Below, one piece after another: positions 38,287 through 53,898 of a DNA stretch of 64,000 nucleotides (position 1 is the first letter of the stretch; the number at the start of each line of letters is the position of its first letter). The stretch comes from Eledone cirrhosa. Lineage: Eukaryota. The notes beneath the pieces are model-generated. The model saw nothing but the letters and a program-made list of their open reading frames with translations, had not been told where the DNA came from and made no database searches. The position numbers were made by a program, and so were the translations under genes. The stretch covers positions 60,760,001 to 60,824,000 of the forward strand of contig OZ024742.1 of the NCBI GenBank assembly GCA_964016885.1, in the 5' to 3' direction.

Positions 38287-39051
38287 ATTCATATTGTGTG
38301 GTTTACCAATGAGTAGAAAGAGCCATTCCGGCTAGGAAACAATTATGTATTAAATCAATCCCCTTGACGTTATACAAACTATCAATCGTAGGTTCGGTAC
38401 ACCATGACTGGTGCAGCATCGGAGTTGAATATTCATTTAAATAAAGACAAAAGCCGAACTGTAACTATTCTTTTAAAGGTTTAATGCTGCAAAAACTCTA
38501 TACTTATTTCAGTAGCCTACTTAACTCATTCGAACTTGGCGTAAAGCTTTGGTGATAATCATCAGGTGGGGTTTGTAAATTAGTTAATCCATAACACGAT
38601 TACGACCAAATTCCAAGATGGTTCACCCCAACAATAACACTGAATTTTTGTTCCATCTCTCAATTAAATCTACTGACTTTTTGTATTTGTGTGTGTGTCA
38701 GTGTCTATGTATGTGCGTGCGTACATGTGCCTGCCTGTGTTTATGTGCGAATGTACATTTATTGTTGTCCATGGATTTCCTCGAACGTTGTAAACTTAAA
38801 GACGGTAAGAGATAGTATAGGGAAATAGAAAGAACATTTGCTCTAACATATTTGTTTGGCTTATATCCAAGCTGTAAGTATTGGTCACTCCTTTCCATGC
38901 ATAATTATATGGGATGGTTTTGGCATAGAGCAAATGTTTATGTTTACTATAATATTTGTTAGAATTTACTATTGACACGGAATTTTCTTCTTCCGAATCC
39001 ACCTTACTATCTTTATCTTTTCACTCTCTTCCATTATCTTTCAGATGAATG

Positions 39052-39112
<61 letters not shown>

Positions 39113-39119
<7 letters not shown>

Positions 39120-39982
39120 AGTGTAATTTACTATACAAAACGAAGGTTATAGAGAAAATTGAGGTTGGTAATGGCACATGGAATATATAAGAGACAGAAT
39201 ACTTTTTTGTGAAAAAACATATAATTTTATAAGGTAAGGAAATAATAAAGGGTATAAAAAATGACCGGTTTCGATGGGTCTGCAAAAGCCATCTTTTCAA
39301 ATGTTGATTAATATTAAGAAAAATTAATAATAAGAAGAGTTAAAATTTGAGATTTGAAAATTCAAGTATAGAATTCATTGTGGGATTTCATAGTAGTTTT
39401 CATCTTGGTAGCAACTCGTTGACTGCTTCTGGTAGTGAATGAGAAGTTATTTGGGGTGTGGGTTATTTTATAAAGGTCAAATTTAAAATCTTCCCCTTCT
39501 ACAAGTGCTCAGATTCGTTCACACAGCAACAAAGAATAAACAAAGAAAATCTATTCCTTAACAAATTTAAACCAAAACTAAACGGGTTATCACCCCAATA
39601 GAATTGTCATAAAATATAAACACACATACGCACGGAGTGACAGATATATGTGTTTGTATGTGTGCATGTATATAATTATCACTACTATTAAAGACCAGAG
39701 ACCAATTCTCTAGAATCAGGTTTATTCGTTGACAGACCATGCCTTTGTGTGATCAACACATCCATGTTAAACCCTGCACGTGCACACACATATATCTATA
39801 TATATATACGCACACAGAATTCACCACTGTCGGTTGCGGGGCCCAATCTACATGAAGAACTCAATGTGATCAGAATGACTTGTATTTTAATTTCACTGCC
39901 CTAACTTCTTATATTATGGAAACAATATATGTGTATGTATATATATATTTGGAGGCCATTTCTCTGTGTGTGGGTGTATGTA

Positions 39983-40020
<38 letters not shown>

Positions 40021-40107
40021 TGTGGATGTATGTATCGTGTGTGCGTGTGTGTGTGTGTGTATGTATGTGTGTATCTGGATGTATGCGTATGTGTATGTAT
40101 ATATATA

Positions 40108-40138
<31 letters not shown>

Positions 40139-40280
40139 GTGTGTGTATATGTATATATGTGTGTGTGTGTGTGTGTGTGTTTGTGTGTATGTGTGTATGT
40201 ATATATATGTGTGTGTGTATGTGTGGGTGTGTGTGTATATATATGTGTATGTATATGTGTGTATATATATGTATGTACAC

Positions 40281-40314
<34 letters not shown>

Positions 40315-40358
40315 ATGTATGTATGTGTGTATCTGGATGTATGTGTATGTATATATAC

Positions 40359-40394
<36 letters not shown>

Positions 40395-40437
40395 GTATGT
40401 GTGTATGTATATGTATGTGTGTGTGTATGTATGTGTG

Positions 40438-40488
<51 letters not shown>

Positions 40489-40977
40489 ATGTATGTGTGG
40501 ATGAAGGTATGTGTGTATATATAGGTGTAAGTGCACTAAATCCCTTTCTATCAATCTCCCCTCTCCTACCGAGCACAGGAAGATATATGTATGTATATTG
40601 CTTCCACCCCCTCACTGACCAACAGCTGGCCATCTGGCCATTGCTAAATTTGATCTTTATAAAATAACCCACACCCCAAATAACTTCTCATTCACTACCA
40701 GAAGCAGTCAACGAGTTGCTACCAAGATGAAAACTACTATGAAATCCCACAATGAATTCTATACTTGAATTTTCAAATCTCAAATTTTAACTCTTCTTAT
40801 TATTAATTTTTCTTAATATTAATCAACATTTGAAAAGATGGCTTTTGCAGCCCCTCGAAACCGGTCATTTTTTATACCCTTTATTATTTCCTTACCTTAT
40901 AAAATTATATGTTTTTTCACAAAAAAGTATTCTGTCTCTTATATATTCCATGTGCCATTACCAACCTCAATTTTCTC
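39113..40977 (+). mobile_element. 5'-truncated Penelope-like element with ~330-bp inverted pLTR
   Basis: Inverted arms at 39150-39485 and 40646-40977. 39482-39601 translates FKIFPFYKCSDSFTQQQRINKENLFLNKFKPKLNGLSPQ*, a GIY-YIG-like C-terminus. Confidence 0.8.
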
Positions 40978-41209
40978 TCTCTCTCTATATATATATATAT
41001 ATGTATGTATTATGCATGTGTGTATGGGGTGTATACATATGTGTTCCTGCATGCGTGAGTGTGTATGTATAAGTACACATTTATTTGAATCTAGGTGTGT
41101 TTGTTAGTGTGTATATCGCAATGTGTATATTTAAGCGTTCTGCTAATAATCATGTATGGATTTGTATATTAGCATGTATCACGTTTCTTAAGAAATGTCT
41201 ATAATTCAC

Positions 41210-42520
41210 TAACTTGGTGAGCCACCAAACTCAGCTGAACTTAGTGCTGCTATCAAAACCGCGAGTTGTAATTAGCAGGCTGAAATCAGAATCCTTCAAC
41301 GGAATAAACTCTTTAGACAATACTGCGTCCTGGCTTCTGCACTATTCATTATTGTCTTAACTTTCTCCCCGCATTATTACACCGAAGGATGGAAAGGTAG
41401 GTGTGACACACAATAAACTTTCGACTTGATTGGAAGACTGCAGTTACCACAAAGCAAAGATCTGAACAGATCATCAGGCTTCAATATACCAATGAGTGCG
41501 TTATAGTAGTTTAAAATTCAGACGTCTTACACGCTCCCCTCTCTGCAGCAGTTAAAGCTTACATACCAATGGGCATCACTATTAAGGACAAAAAAACTGA
41601 AGTCATCTGTCAATGGCAGAGCATGTCACACAATTGCTTCAATAGAACTGTAACAAATGTTTACCCTCTCTCAATTTTAATATCCGGTCTCGTCCTTTCA
41701 AATCCTCAGTGCTGATAGTTAGAGATCATGGATTATTACACCAATAGTCACATTCATGATGCTTTATGTCCATGATTACCATCCGACATTTATTCGGAAG
41801 CTGGCTACCGATCCGCTGTTCATCCACCTTCAACACAAGGATGAAGCCCTTGGCCGTCATCAAATTAACTAAGGAGTCCCATTTACACGAGTTTTGAAAC
41901 CAGATTGATACTTCTTTGAAAACTGCCAATCAAGTCTAATTTGCTCTGTCTTCCCATTTGCTTCCACTTTATTGGGCTCTCCTGTGTTCACACAACCTTT
42001 GTTTGAATTTGTTTTTCATCCCGCTGGGGGTCAAAACACTCTCTCCTTCCCAACCAAGCTTCCCGTATTAGTTACGACGAACCAATCATGTGACAGCTTG
42101 TACTGGGTTACAATTTACAAGTAGTTCTCGATAACCCCCTGACAACCATCTAGTTACCATATTTCCCGACTAGACACTGCACGAGGAGATATTAAACCTC
42201 CGAAGACAGTATTCTGTAACTTTTGGTAAGCTCAGAAAGATGATATTTCTAAACAACAGTCTTAAACTTCATACCACGTTACTAACCTATTTAGTCTTTG
42301 CACACATGTATTGGTATGTGCCATCAAACACATACAGCCATCTTATTAAGTGTCTCGAAATCTTTACTATTTAGCGTTCCAAGAAAATGCATTCACTCAC
42401 CTGGTGTAACAACAGTATTCTACAAACCAAAATACTCTATAAAACCAATATCATCAGCATTGAATCCACACTAAACAGGTACCAGCTCTGAGGGTTCGGA
42501 CATGTAGTGTGCTACTATGA
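41210..42520. mobile_element. highly decayed, scrambled RTE-like LINE fragments
   Basis: Remnants EPPNSAELSAAIK (41220) and YQL*GFGHV (~42480, cf. QLRWxGHV); no open frame. Confidence 0.4.
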
Positions 42521-42570
42521 CTCGTACATCATAGATAGATAGATAGGTAGATAGAGAGATCGATATATAT

Positions 42571-42619
<49 letters not shown>

Positions 42620-42962
42620 GAGATCGATTCATATATATACATATAGATATAGCTTTTATCGTTTCAACGGCAAGTTACAGACGGAACTAACTGTTGAAAC
42701 GGCAAGAGCTCAGCCATCGGGTCCCAACTCTTTATAATATAACCATACTCTACTACCCCAAGTATCGAGTACTCTGTTGAGTAATGGTCTAACTAGTTTT
42801 AAACTGAATCCATCCTGATTCATATATATATATGTGTGCGTGTGTGTGCACTAACGATGTATAAGTATTTCTGCGCATCTTGTTGCATGATTTTCTAATG
42901 CAATACACTCATTCAGCCTTTTTTCACCCCCTTTTTCTTTATTTATCTCTATTCCACTTTCT

Positions 42963-43063
<101 letters not shown>

Positions 43064-44490
43064 CCTCTCTCTCTCTCTGTTTTCATCTCTCACTCTCACT
43101 ATCTTACCCTCTCCCTTTTCTCTTTTGAATCTTTCCGTGAATTCATTAACTGAATTGTTTTCTTTACTAATATCTCATGGGAAGTAGACTTGTGGGTAAT
43201 TGGCAGCTGATGTCAGACCTATGTTTCTTCCACTATCTAAAGATACTTACATACACACATAACACATACATGTATATACACTCATATATACATATATATC
43301 TACATAAATTCGTAAATATATACATAAATACATACACATACGAACATGCATAAATACATACACATACAAATATACATACATTCATTAGTACATCCATACA
43401 TTCATTTATACATACATACGTACATACATAGATACATACATACATAATATGATGTCATACCCACGCTACAGTAACATCATGCGGTATTTCGGAATCATGT
43501 CTCGCCAACAACATATTGCATATTGCACAATTGAAATAAGACATGCTACGGCATAAACATATATATATATCGGATTATAGTTGGCCATATGCTATTATAG
43601 ATACACACACATTACATCATCAACTTCAGTACGGTGAACGAAAGATTTGATACTTATGATTAACCGGTGATGTAATTTATGACGTGATTTATTATTTAAA
43701 TAAGACTAATAATAATACCTAACATTGTATTAGGAACAGAATAAGTACTATTCGATTTCTTCACCTAATTTCAATATTTTTACATTTATGGATTCTATAC
43801 AATATATATACATATGTATATATTAAGAAAAGGAAGAGAGACGGTATTAGATATTCTGCTTTGACTTTATTCTAATACGTCATCCCGTTATACACATTTC
43901 GAAAGTATAGAAACGTCGTTATTCAACGGTTATTAAAAACGTTTTCGTCAGAAAGGAAGTTCGAATGTAAATAAAGTTTGTTTTTATTGATAGGCCACTG
44001 TAGGCATATATATATATATATGCGTTACATATGATAAAAATAGTCCTTCGTCAGTGATTTTCCAACCATCATTGGTATTTCATCGCTTTAAAAATCATAT
44101 ACCTCCGGTTGGTGCGAGCAATAGCTAAATAAAGCTATTGGGACAAGTAAATCGCGTAAATCGAGCGAGACAGTAAACAACAAGGAAGGATAGCAACGCA
44201 AAGATAGGAAAAAACAAGCAGCTTAGCGAACCGGTCAGCTTAAGCTGTGTGGATTTCATGAGCGAGGGAAATACAGACCATCCGCGTGAGTGAGATGTGA
44301 GCAAGAAGAGAACCAACTACAGGCCAAACGGGAGGAGTGAGAAGGGGAGAAACAGAGAGTGAGTGAGTGGAAGTGCGAGGAAGAGGCCAGTCGAGAGAAA
44401 GTGTAACTGACAGAGGGGCAAAAGATACAAACATATATATATATATATTTCTCTTCTCTGTCCCTTACCCCCCCCCCCCCTCTCACTCAC

Positions 44491-44575
<85 letters not shown>

Positions 44576-44939
44576 ACATTCAAAGTAAGGTAATAGAGAA
44601 AAAGACTGGTGCGTAGTACAACTCCACTGACAACTTTGTATTCCATCCTTCTGGTTCGACATAATGCGGTGTCAGTGAAATAGCGAAATTGCTAGACTGC
44701 CCGAGAAGATGCCTCTACTTATTTGTTCTGATGCTTTTCATTCAGAGTTCGAATTCTGCTGCTGACCATTGAACGGTACATGGAAGTCCGCGAACTAAAT
44801 GGACTTCTGCTCTCATTAATGCCGTTAGAGAAATGATAAGAAGAAATCCGAAAAGGTCCATGAGAAAAATGGCAAAAGATTCCCGAATAAGCAAATAAAA
44901 GGATCATCAATGATGACTTAATAATGTCTTCTTTCACCC

Positions 44940-45762
44940 TTCAGAAGAGAAAAAAACCCTTTCTAAAAAGACAGAACAAAGAAGGCTATAGAGAAGCAAG
45001 ATTTTGCTTAAAGAAATAAAACGTAGCATGGCGGGGGGAAATTTTCTGGTCAGATGAAAAGATTTTCACAGTTGAGCAGACATACAATCGACAAAATAAT
45101 CGAGCCGTTGGAAAAAAGCATCAGAAATCACTGTTGATCAAAAGTCTATATTCCATACAATGAAACCAGCTTTTGATATGGTCTGGGCGTGCTGTCTCAT
45201 CATCTTAGAGGTCTCCTTTCATTTTTGTGGAAGAAAGGAGAGAAAGCAGCTCCAGATCTTACATAAACGGTATTCTCGAGCCTATGCTTACTTTTGCAAC
45301 TAATCATTTTTGCAATGATTATCTGTAGGCTTCCCAACAGGATGTAGCCACCTCTCTTTCAGCAAATGTCAGACAAGCTAGGGACACACATCGTCCAAGG
45401 TTCTGGTCAAAAGAAGTGTGGCCTCTTTGTTCACTTGATTTTAACCCTGTAGACTTTTCAGTATAGTCTATCCTTGATGAAAAGCCTCTTCAAAAGCTCA
45501 TAAGACTGTCGATGATTTAAAGGCATCGTTTGTGAGTGCTTGGAAAGACCCCTCCCCTAAAAAATTGCATGCTTTGGTGGACGATGACCAACGGAAGTTA
45601 GAGGCTGTTATTGCTGCACGAGGGGGTACTTTGAATAAACTCTGTACATTATATTCTAAAGATATTTCTGTATAATTACGTATATATTGCTGGTTAATAA
45701 AGTTAGTAGTTTTGTTATTAAAAGCATGTTTAGTTGCTTCCAAACGTATGCACCACCCTTTA
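44940..45762 (+). mobile_element. decayed Tc1/mariner-superfamily transposon (maT/DD37D-like), 3' part
   Basis: FWSDEKIFTVEQTYNRQNNR at 45043 and WPLCSLDFNPVDFSV at 45419 (cf. WPPSSPDLNPLDY). Putative end ATGCACCACCCTT-TA. Confidence 0.7.
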
Positions 45763-46529
45763 TATGTAAGGAACACTTTGAAGGCAGAAGTAGAATGACC
45801 ATGAGATATAAGTGCCTGTATCAAAACAACTGAGTTTAAGTAATGAATAAACAATTTAAAAACTATAGTGGAAGCTATATAAGAGTTCTGCTCATAAATG
45901 AGGGGCCCTGCTACTGTTTAATAACCCTGCAATTCTCTATGTTGAAGTGATGATGGAACAATCTGATTTAAACTGATGGGCAGCAGCATAAATTAAGGTT
46001 TCACAAAGAAACATTGCAATAGCAAGTTATTGCGTACCCAATTTACACATGTGTACCCATCTTAGAAGATCCCCAACAGAACAATAAATCTCGAATATTT
46101 TCAGAAGAGGAGAAGCATAATTGAATTGAAAGCATTATTGCCCGAGGAGGATGTCCTGTTGTTCTAGTCCTAATTTTAGGTCAATCCATATCTTATCACA
46201 TACAACAGTATTGCATTTGTATAATGCATATTTCTAAAGTAGGCACAAGACCTGTAATACACAGGGAGTGGAAGTTGATTATATCGACGCCAGTATTTGT
46301 ATCACATTTTATTTTAACGGTCCCAGAAGAAGGAAAGGTAAAACTGATTTTGGAAAAAAATTGGAACTCAGAATGTAAAGAGCAAGTGAAAATGCCACAA
46401 AACATGTTACCCAACGCTCTAATGATTCTGCCAATCCATCACTCTTATAGCTCTTGTATAATAATAACATTGAAAAAAATTATATCAACAGACCCCATTC
46501 TTGTATATTCTATTGATAAATAAAGGTCA

Positions 46530-46870
46530 CTGTGGACGCAGCATAGAGGAATGTGTAGCAATTTTATTTGGCAATCATAAGGTCCTCGGTTCGATCAAAC
46601 TCTGTGGAATCATGGGCAAGTGTCGAATACCATGGCGTGATTCGACCCAGAGCTTGCGAAAAAAATTTGATAGATGGAAACTTTTTAGAAGCCCCTCGTA
46701 TGAATTCTACCTGAATCTAAAAGGCCAGCTTCAGTACACAATGTATCACGCTGAATCTTTCTTAGAATTATATTAAGGTTACACGTCCCCGTGGAATGCG
46801 TAGCTACTTACACGCTAATTCAAGAACATGCTGATACGTTGAATAATAACTGGAACAATCATTGTCGAAA
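46530..46870 (+). mobile_element. degenerate tRNA-derived SINE, second family
   Basis: GGTTCGATC B box and TGGGCAAGTGTC core. Similar remnants at ~23150-23450, ~21330-21415 (-) and 63875-64000. Confidence 0.45.
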
Positions 46871-47336
46871 CTGACGGGGTTCCATTCCATAAAGCACTCT
46901 GATAATTCAAAAGGCAGGGATGTCATTAGGTTATGTATTTTTTTTCTTCATATTTTTTCAAAAGATATTATTATGAAGCATTTGCACACGTAACAACAGA
47001 GTAAATAAATAAATAAAGAGCAATTATAAAAATATAAATGTCTCTGTCTCATTAATCATCTCCTCACAAACTTGAATCCGTTGTGTTGACGTTTTGTTTT
47101 CAGTGTTGAAAACACAACTCATCATTGATTTATTATGAAAACTCTGAACGTTTTTATGAGAACACAAATGGAATTCAGGAAAAAATAAAAAATAAAAAAT
47201 AAAGACGGAAAAAATATACATAATATACAGAAAAAAACAACCACTAAATGACCAAACAATTCTGTTGGCACATTTCAGAATGAAGTTATAATTATTTTGC
47301 CTAATCTAGAATTATCCTTATAGCAAGCTAGATCAT

Positions 47337-47548
<212 letters not shown>

Positions 47549-48864
47549 AGTGTATGATTGTGTCTAACTGCTATGTTTACACACTCTATATCATCTTAGG
47601 AAAATATTTGGCCATTTTTCTTTGTCATGTCCTGTTCCATTTCTTTTTACAATAAATAAATGGAGTAGATTGACAGCTAGTTCACATGTTCTTTATAGCA
47701 TCTTCACACATCACAGATATGACGACAGAGATAGAATGAGATGTGGATATATATGGTGCTAGTGTTAAAGAAAAACAGACAGAATCAGGCAGATAGACAT
47801 AAAAACGGACAGGCATACACAGCGTCACAGAACCAATGAGAGAGAGAGAGAGTGGGGAAATGAGAAGGTGAGAGATAGACAGAGAAATACTTAGAGAGGG
47901 AGAGACAGAGGGGGGATAGAATGAAAGGGAAAGGGTTTTATATTCGTGCTGTCATCTGACGGTACCTGTCAACTCATATTTCTCTTCTTTATATATTTTC
48001 TAATTTTGTAAGTGTTATTTCAGACCGAATGAGCGTAATTTTACAAATGAATGACTGTAGAAAATTATCCAGGGATGCCCACTGCACGTAAACTTAATTG
48101 TAAACTTAGCACTAGCATAGGGGATGTAGTAAGCCACAGAATTTGTAAAATTAAAAAAATAATAAAGCAGGCTTCGCTGCATGATTAAGATGTTACCTTC
48201 GAGATTAACTGTTTCATTACCATATTTCTAAAATAAAAAAACACACAATTCAAGAGTGTTCAGCAATTTATTAATATAACTATGTTTCTCATTATTAAGA
48301 TCCGTTTTGGGACATAATTCAAGAAAAGTTTTCATATAAAATTCTGATGGAACGGTTTTAGATGAATATAAATATATATAAATCAGACTTGTCAACTCTG
48401 CCCGTCTTTAGGGTGGGCGAGAGATGTCTTTTCTTGTGAAAATTGGTATAGCTCTCATTATGTCAGATCTCCCCATTTTTGCCTCATTTCACTCGCCTTT
48501 TGGAGCACTGTTTTCATTGTACTCTCATTTGGGTTTTTAGAGGTTTTTATTGCAGAAGTAGGAGCAAGTTTTGGTATCAAAACGTATAAACAGTTCGGTG
48601 TCTTTAGCCGAGAGAATTCTATTACAAGGATCCATATAAAGTATTCGATCTATTATAACCACCAGTATCATATGCGTATATAGGGGAATTTTATCTGATT
48701 TTCTAAGCACTTATTTATAGCAAGCAATTGTACATACAAATAGTTTCTACGTCTGATTTTCCTACATTTTCAAAGAATTTCATATCTTTTCAGCATTTCG
48801 AATGTTCGATACTTTCCATACCATATCACTCTCTCCACCCCCACCCCCTCTCTCTATCTCTCTA

Positions 48865-48946
<82 letters not shown>

Positions 48947-50149
48947 TAAAGAGAGCGATAGGGAGAGAGAGAGAGAAATAGAGAGAGAGAGAGAGAGAGA
49001 AACAGAGAAGGACTGATATAGATGCATATATATATATATTTCTCTCTATACATGTACATATTCACACTCATATATATATATATATATATATAGGGTTTGA
49101 AAAATACGATGACTGACCTTTCGGCTATTTAGAATGTTTCTGTATTAATGTGCCATTGCTGAGTACAAGGGATGTAACTGGTTTTATCTTTTCAAACCCT
49201 ATTTCCCCTGTAACAAGTGATTTGTAAAGAAACTCCTAACATATTTCTCTCTCTGTATGCGCGCGTTTTTGTTTATAGAGAGAGATATAATTCATAATGT
49301 AAGGAAGACGTATGGCATGTAACATTTTGAACATTTGCAAAGTTTATTCATAGTCAATTTCCTCAGATTCCGGATTTATCCTTTCATATATGTACATTAG
49401 GTTACATTTGTCTCCCGAATTCTCAACCACTTACACATTAATAGACGATTCATTGTTCCTGTAATTCAGACCACCATCTTATTATCACGCTGAATCATCT
49501 TGAGAATCATATTAAAAGCACATAAGGACTGCTCAAGTGCATGAGATTAATTTCAGGTCCAGGTTGTTGCGTTCTTTGATCACCTGGAACACTCATCATG
49601 AAAACATGCGTATGTCGATTGATATTTTAGAAATCAATCCTACGCTGTTTAATAATCTGGTATATTCTACTTCTTTCTCTTCGTGGTTCTACGGGGAAGC
49701 TGTCTAAAGGAGATGGAAGCAATATGTAGCAAGGCGAGAAATCTTAGTGTCATTCTGGGAGTGCGGATTATTTCTCAAAACCATCATTCCACAGCCAAGT
49801 GTGTTATCCATTTAAATCTACATATGACCTGGTGACGAGGAGAGTCCTTTCCTTATATGCTTACCGAACTATTCTTATCGAAAAAGGCAAGCAATAACAT
49901 CATTTAATAATATTTAATTAAAATTTGTTTAAAATCGAATGTGCATAATAAAGTCTGATTTGTGGAGAATGACGTTAAATCCATATACATTTCAAGTGGA
50001 AATTAATCCCAATAAAAAGTACCAGTAATGTACGGGGTAATTGCTGGCCTTGTGCCAAAAGTAGAAACACTTATTAGTTACCCTCTTAATAAGATAAAAT
50101 AAAAAATAAATTGTCGGTACTCATTTATACTGTATTAATGTATGAATGA

Positions 50150-53100
50150 ATAGGATCGCAAATCCTGGTGGAGTTTAGGAGCACCTTAGCGCATTTTAGG
50201 CCTGGCGTACCCCACCCTCTCTGAAGCTTTAAACACGTCCAGTTTCTTCCAGTGAGGGAAATAGTGTGATACGAAGGAACTGAGTAAGAGATATAGAGGA
50301 AAATTAAACTACAGTAAACACTGCGAAGCAATCTATCTGGTCTTCCACCTGATGTTCGCCCAAAGTTGCGTGCTGCAGCTTCCCTAAACCGCAGCTCGGC
50401 AGAACATGAAAGCTTCAGCCTACAAGATGTTGGGCAGATATGGAAGTTTGTTAAGGCTGGCGAATCATGGAAAAGAGACACCAGCTGGTCTGAAAACACT
50501 GTACCCACAACAACTGACAATAAAGAAACTGAAAAAACTCTGGGAAACTAAATCAGAACAACCTGCCATCCCCTGCATATAATCATAGACTGGAATCAAG
50601 GTACAAATTGTTGTCCTTGAATGCACGTAGTCTATGCAATAAGATTCATCTTTTTGACTCCTACGTCAAAAGTATCAACCCGGACTTCATTTCAGTCACG
50701 GAAACTTGGGCACATCCCTTACTCTGTGGTGGGGTTTTCAGCATGACTGGCTACAACCTGTTTCGTAAAGACCGCATTAATCGTGGTGATGGTGGTGATG
50801 GTGTAATGGTCTACGTTCGGTCAAATCTGTCGGCAATTCCTTGTGCTGATTTGAACCAATCACAGCAGGAAGTATTTTTCTGAGATATACGTATGACCAT
50901 GTCAACACTGCTACTTGGAGTCGTTTACCGTCCCCCAAATTACCATCAGGACATTCAACTTTGTGATATTTTCAGAGCTGCTGCCAGGAAGACAGCCACT
51001 TATGTTTTCATTGCAGGTAACTTCAATCACCCTAAGATTGACTGGGAGACCTTTCGTTGGCCGCCAAGTGCAAATGACTTCCTTGAGCTGGTGCTGGATT
51101 CGAGTTGGTTCCAGGTGGTCACCTCCCCAACGAGAGGTGACAACACTTTGGACCTACTCTTCACCACTACTCCTGAAACGGTCATTAGAGTTACTGCTGA
51201 GGAACCTTTAGGTGACTCTGATCATGCTATGATCATTGCCAATCTATCCCTCATGGGCAGTAACAAGAACCACAACCATCTCCAAACTGCTCACTTTGAC
51301 TGGAATAAAGCAGACTGGAACTGTTACTGCACCGAGTTGCAACGGCCAAACTGGCTTGAGTTCTACGACTCTGGAGACGTCAACACTGTACTCCAGAACA
51401 TCCTGAGCTCAATATGGACAGCATGTGCAGCATCGGTGCCACGTAAGCGGAAAAAGCATCCCAAAAGCGCAATTTGGGAGACTGCAGCAGTCCGTCTTAC
51501 CAGAAAAGAACGGCGCAATGCTGAACGTGAGTACAAACTTCACAAATCAGACATTAATAGGAAGAGGCGAAATAGATCGTCCACCCATCTCAAACAGGTG
51601 ACAAAAAAGGCAGTGCTTCAATTTGAGCAGCGCATAGCAACCAGCCCTGACAGTAAGGATTTCTGGAAGTATGTTCACTCAAAGCAGAGGCCTCACTCTC
51701 CAGTTGGTCTTCTTCGCAATCCCCACACAAGCCAGGTTACTGACGACCCCAAGGAATGCGCAGAGCTCATTGCTGAATGCTATGCAGGCATTTTCACTAT
51801 TGAAGACCAGAGTGTACCATCTCCACCACCTATGACACCGGACTCTATTACAACCATGGAATTTACACCTGCAATGCTGCGACGTCACCTGAAAAATAAA
51901 CGCAACCATGCCTCTCCTGGTCTTGATGGTGTTACGTACCTGCTTCTTAAACGTGGTGGGTACTTCCTTCTACACCAGTTATCACGCTTCTTCCAATTCT
52001 GTCTGAGCAACAGTGCTACTCCAGAACAGTGTTCAAAAGGGTGACCGCACATCACCTGTGAACTATCGTCCAGTCAGTATTACTAGTTGCATCGCCAAAC
52101 TGATGGAATCCTGTGTCAGAGAAACACGTTGGAACTTATGGAGCTCTCACAGTCTTATCCGGCCCTCGCAATTTGGATTTATCCCCAACTGCAGCTGCTG
52201 TGATCAACTTATAGAGTTTCTTGAGGACATCACCCGGATCACTGATGGCGGCTCATGGGTGGATGTTGTTTACCTTGACTTTGCGAAGGCCTTCAATTCT
52301 GTGCCACACAAAAGGCTTATGGCAAAACTCTCTGCAATGGGTGTGAAGGATGATCTTTTTAACTGGTTGAAGTCCTTCATTCTCAGTCGAAGAGAGGTAG
52401 TCACAGTTCTGGGACAGCATTCCTCACCATATGAGATGTCATCTGGTGTACCACAGGGATCTGTTCTTGGCCCCCTTTTGTTTGTGGCATATATTAATGA
52501 CACAGATGCCAACTTAAGGAATGCCACAGTACTAAAGTATGCATACGACATCAAGCTGTACCTTGAGATAAAAAGGACAGATCCTGAACACTATAGATCT
52601 TGCTTGCAGTCTGACCTGGACACAATGCAACAATGGATCTTAGACTGGCAACTCAAGCTAGCTGTGGACTAGTGCACCACCATGCATTTTGGGAGTAAAA
52701 ACCCAGCGTCCACATACTCCCTCCACAGCACTAATATCAAGAAGTCTTCCTGTGAACGTGACCTGGGCATTACGGTCAGCACCGATTTGCGTTGGACGAG
52801 GCACGTCTCTAAAATTGTCAAGAGGGCCGAGGGTGTCTTAGCATCACTCAGCAAGACCTTTGTCAGCCGCTCTCCAGATATCTATCTAAGGCTGTATACA
52901 GCTATGGTGCGACCACACTTAGAATTTGCATCACCAGTCTGGAACCCCTATCTTGCTCACGGCATTGACCGCCTGGAAACTGTTCAGAGACGTGCAACCA
53001 AGCGAATACCCTCCATCAGGCATCTACCATACTCTGAGCGCCTTGCTTCCCTGGGCATGGATTCATTGAAGCCCCGACGCCTGGCAACTGACTTGGTAAA

Positions 53101-53453
53101 CACCCACAAAATTGTTAACCATGTTTGCAACAACAACCCTGAGTACCTTTTTGATTTCTATGTGTCTAACACACGTGGACATGCCCACAAAGTAAGAAAA
53201 CAGCACAGTTCCCATGACTTTCGGAAACATTTTTTCACGCTCAGAGTTGCTGAAGCATGGAACAAACTACCTGCATCAGTTGTTAGCTGTCGAGACACTG
53301 CATCCTTTAAGGCCTCCATGCTTCCCGAGATCCGCCAACACTACAGCTAACACATACACACATGTACTTCCCTGACATTTGTGTATTATTCTATGTCCTA
53401 TATTGACGAGTTGTAGTGCACCTGAGCACTTTACACAATAATTTCATTATTAT
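50150..53453 (+). mobile_element. CR1-group LINE, decayed (APE + RT)
   Basis: LNARSL, VTETW, VYRPP, GNFNHP, LDLLFT, SDH, SPGLDG, NYRPVS, YLDFAKAF, GVPQGSVLGPLLF, YAYD (mutated YADD), ERDLG, VRPHLEF, TRGH. Several stops and frameshifts; 3' end CATTATTATT. Confidence 0.9.
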
Positions 53454-53835
53454 TTGCCGCTTACAATGTACAGACCAGTTAAAGATGGAATACCGTTATT
53501 AATGTTTCCACAATATGACCCTACTTAGGTTTAATATTTTCTTAATATATTTTCCGACAGGGAAGTACAAAGTTCAAAGTCTTTTTCTAAGACAACAGGA
53601 AGTTGGGGTGGGGAACGTCAACTTAAAGCTGAGGTCTAGTCTGATTTCTTAAAACAGAATGGATTTCGATTAAAGCATCCAGTGACGCACCTAGTGAAGG
53701 GTATAACACCAACATCCAGGCAGGGTAAAGAAAGATTTGAACTCAGGAGACAAAAAGATGGATCAAATGCCATAAGAAGGATTTCGTACGTCACAATTCC
53801 AACAATCCACTCCTAGTAGTATCAGCAGCAGCAGT

Positions 53836-53836
<1 letters not shown>

Positions 53837-53897
<61 letters not shown>
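53837..53897. repeat. (GTA)n microsatellite
   Basis: Direct reading. Confidence 0.9.
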
Positions 53898-53898
<1 letters not shown>

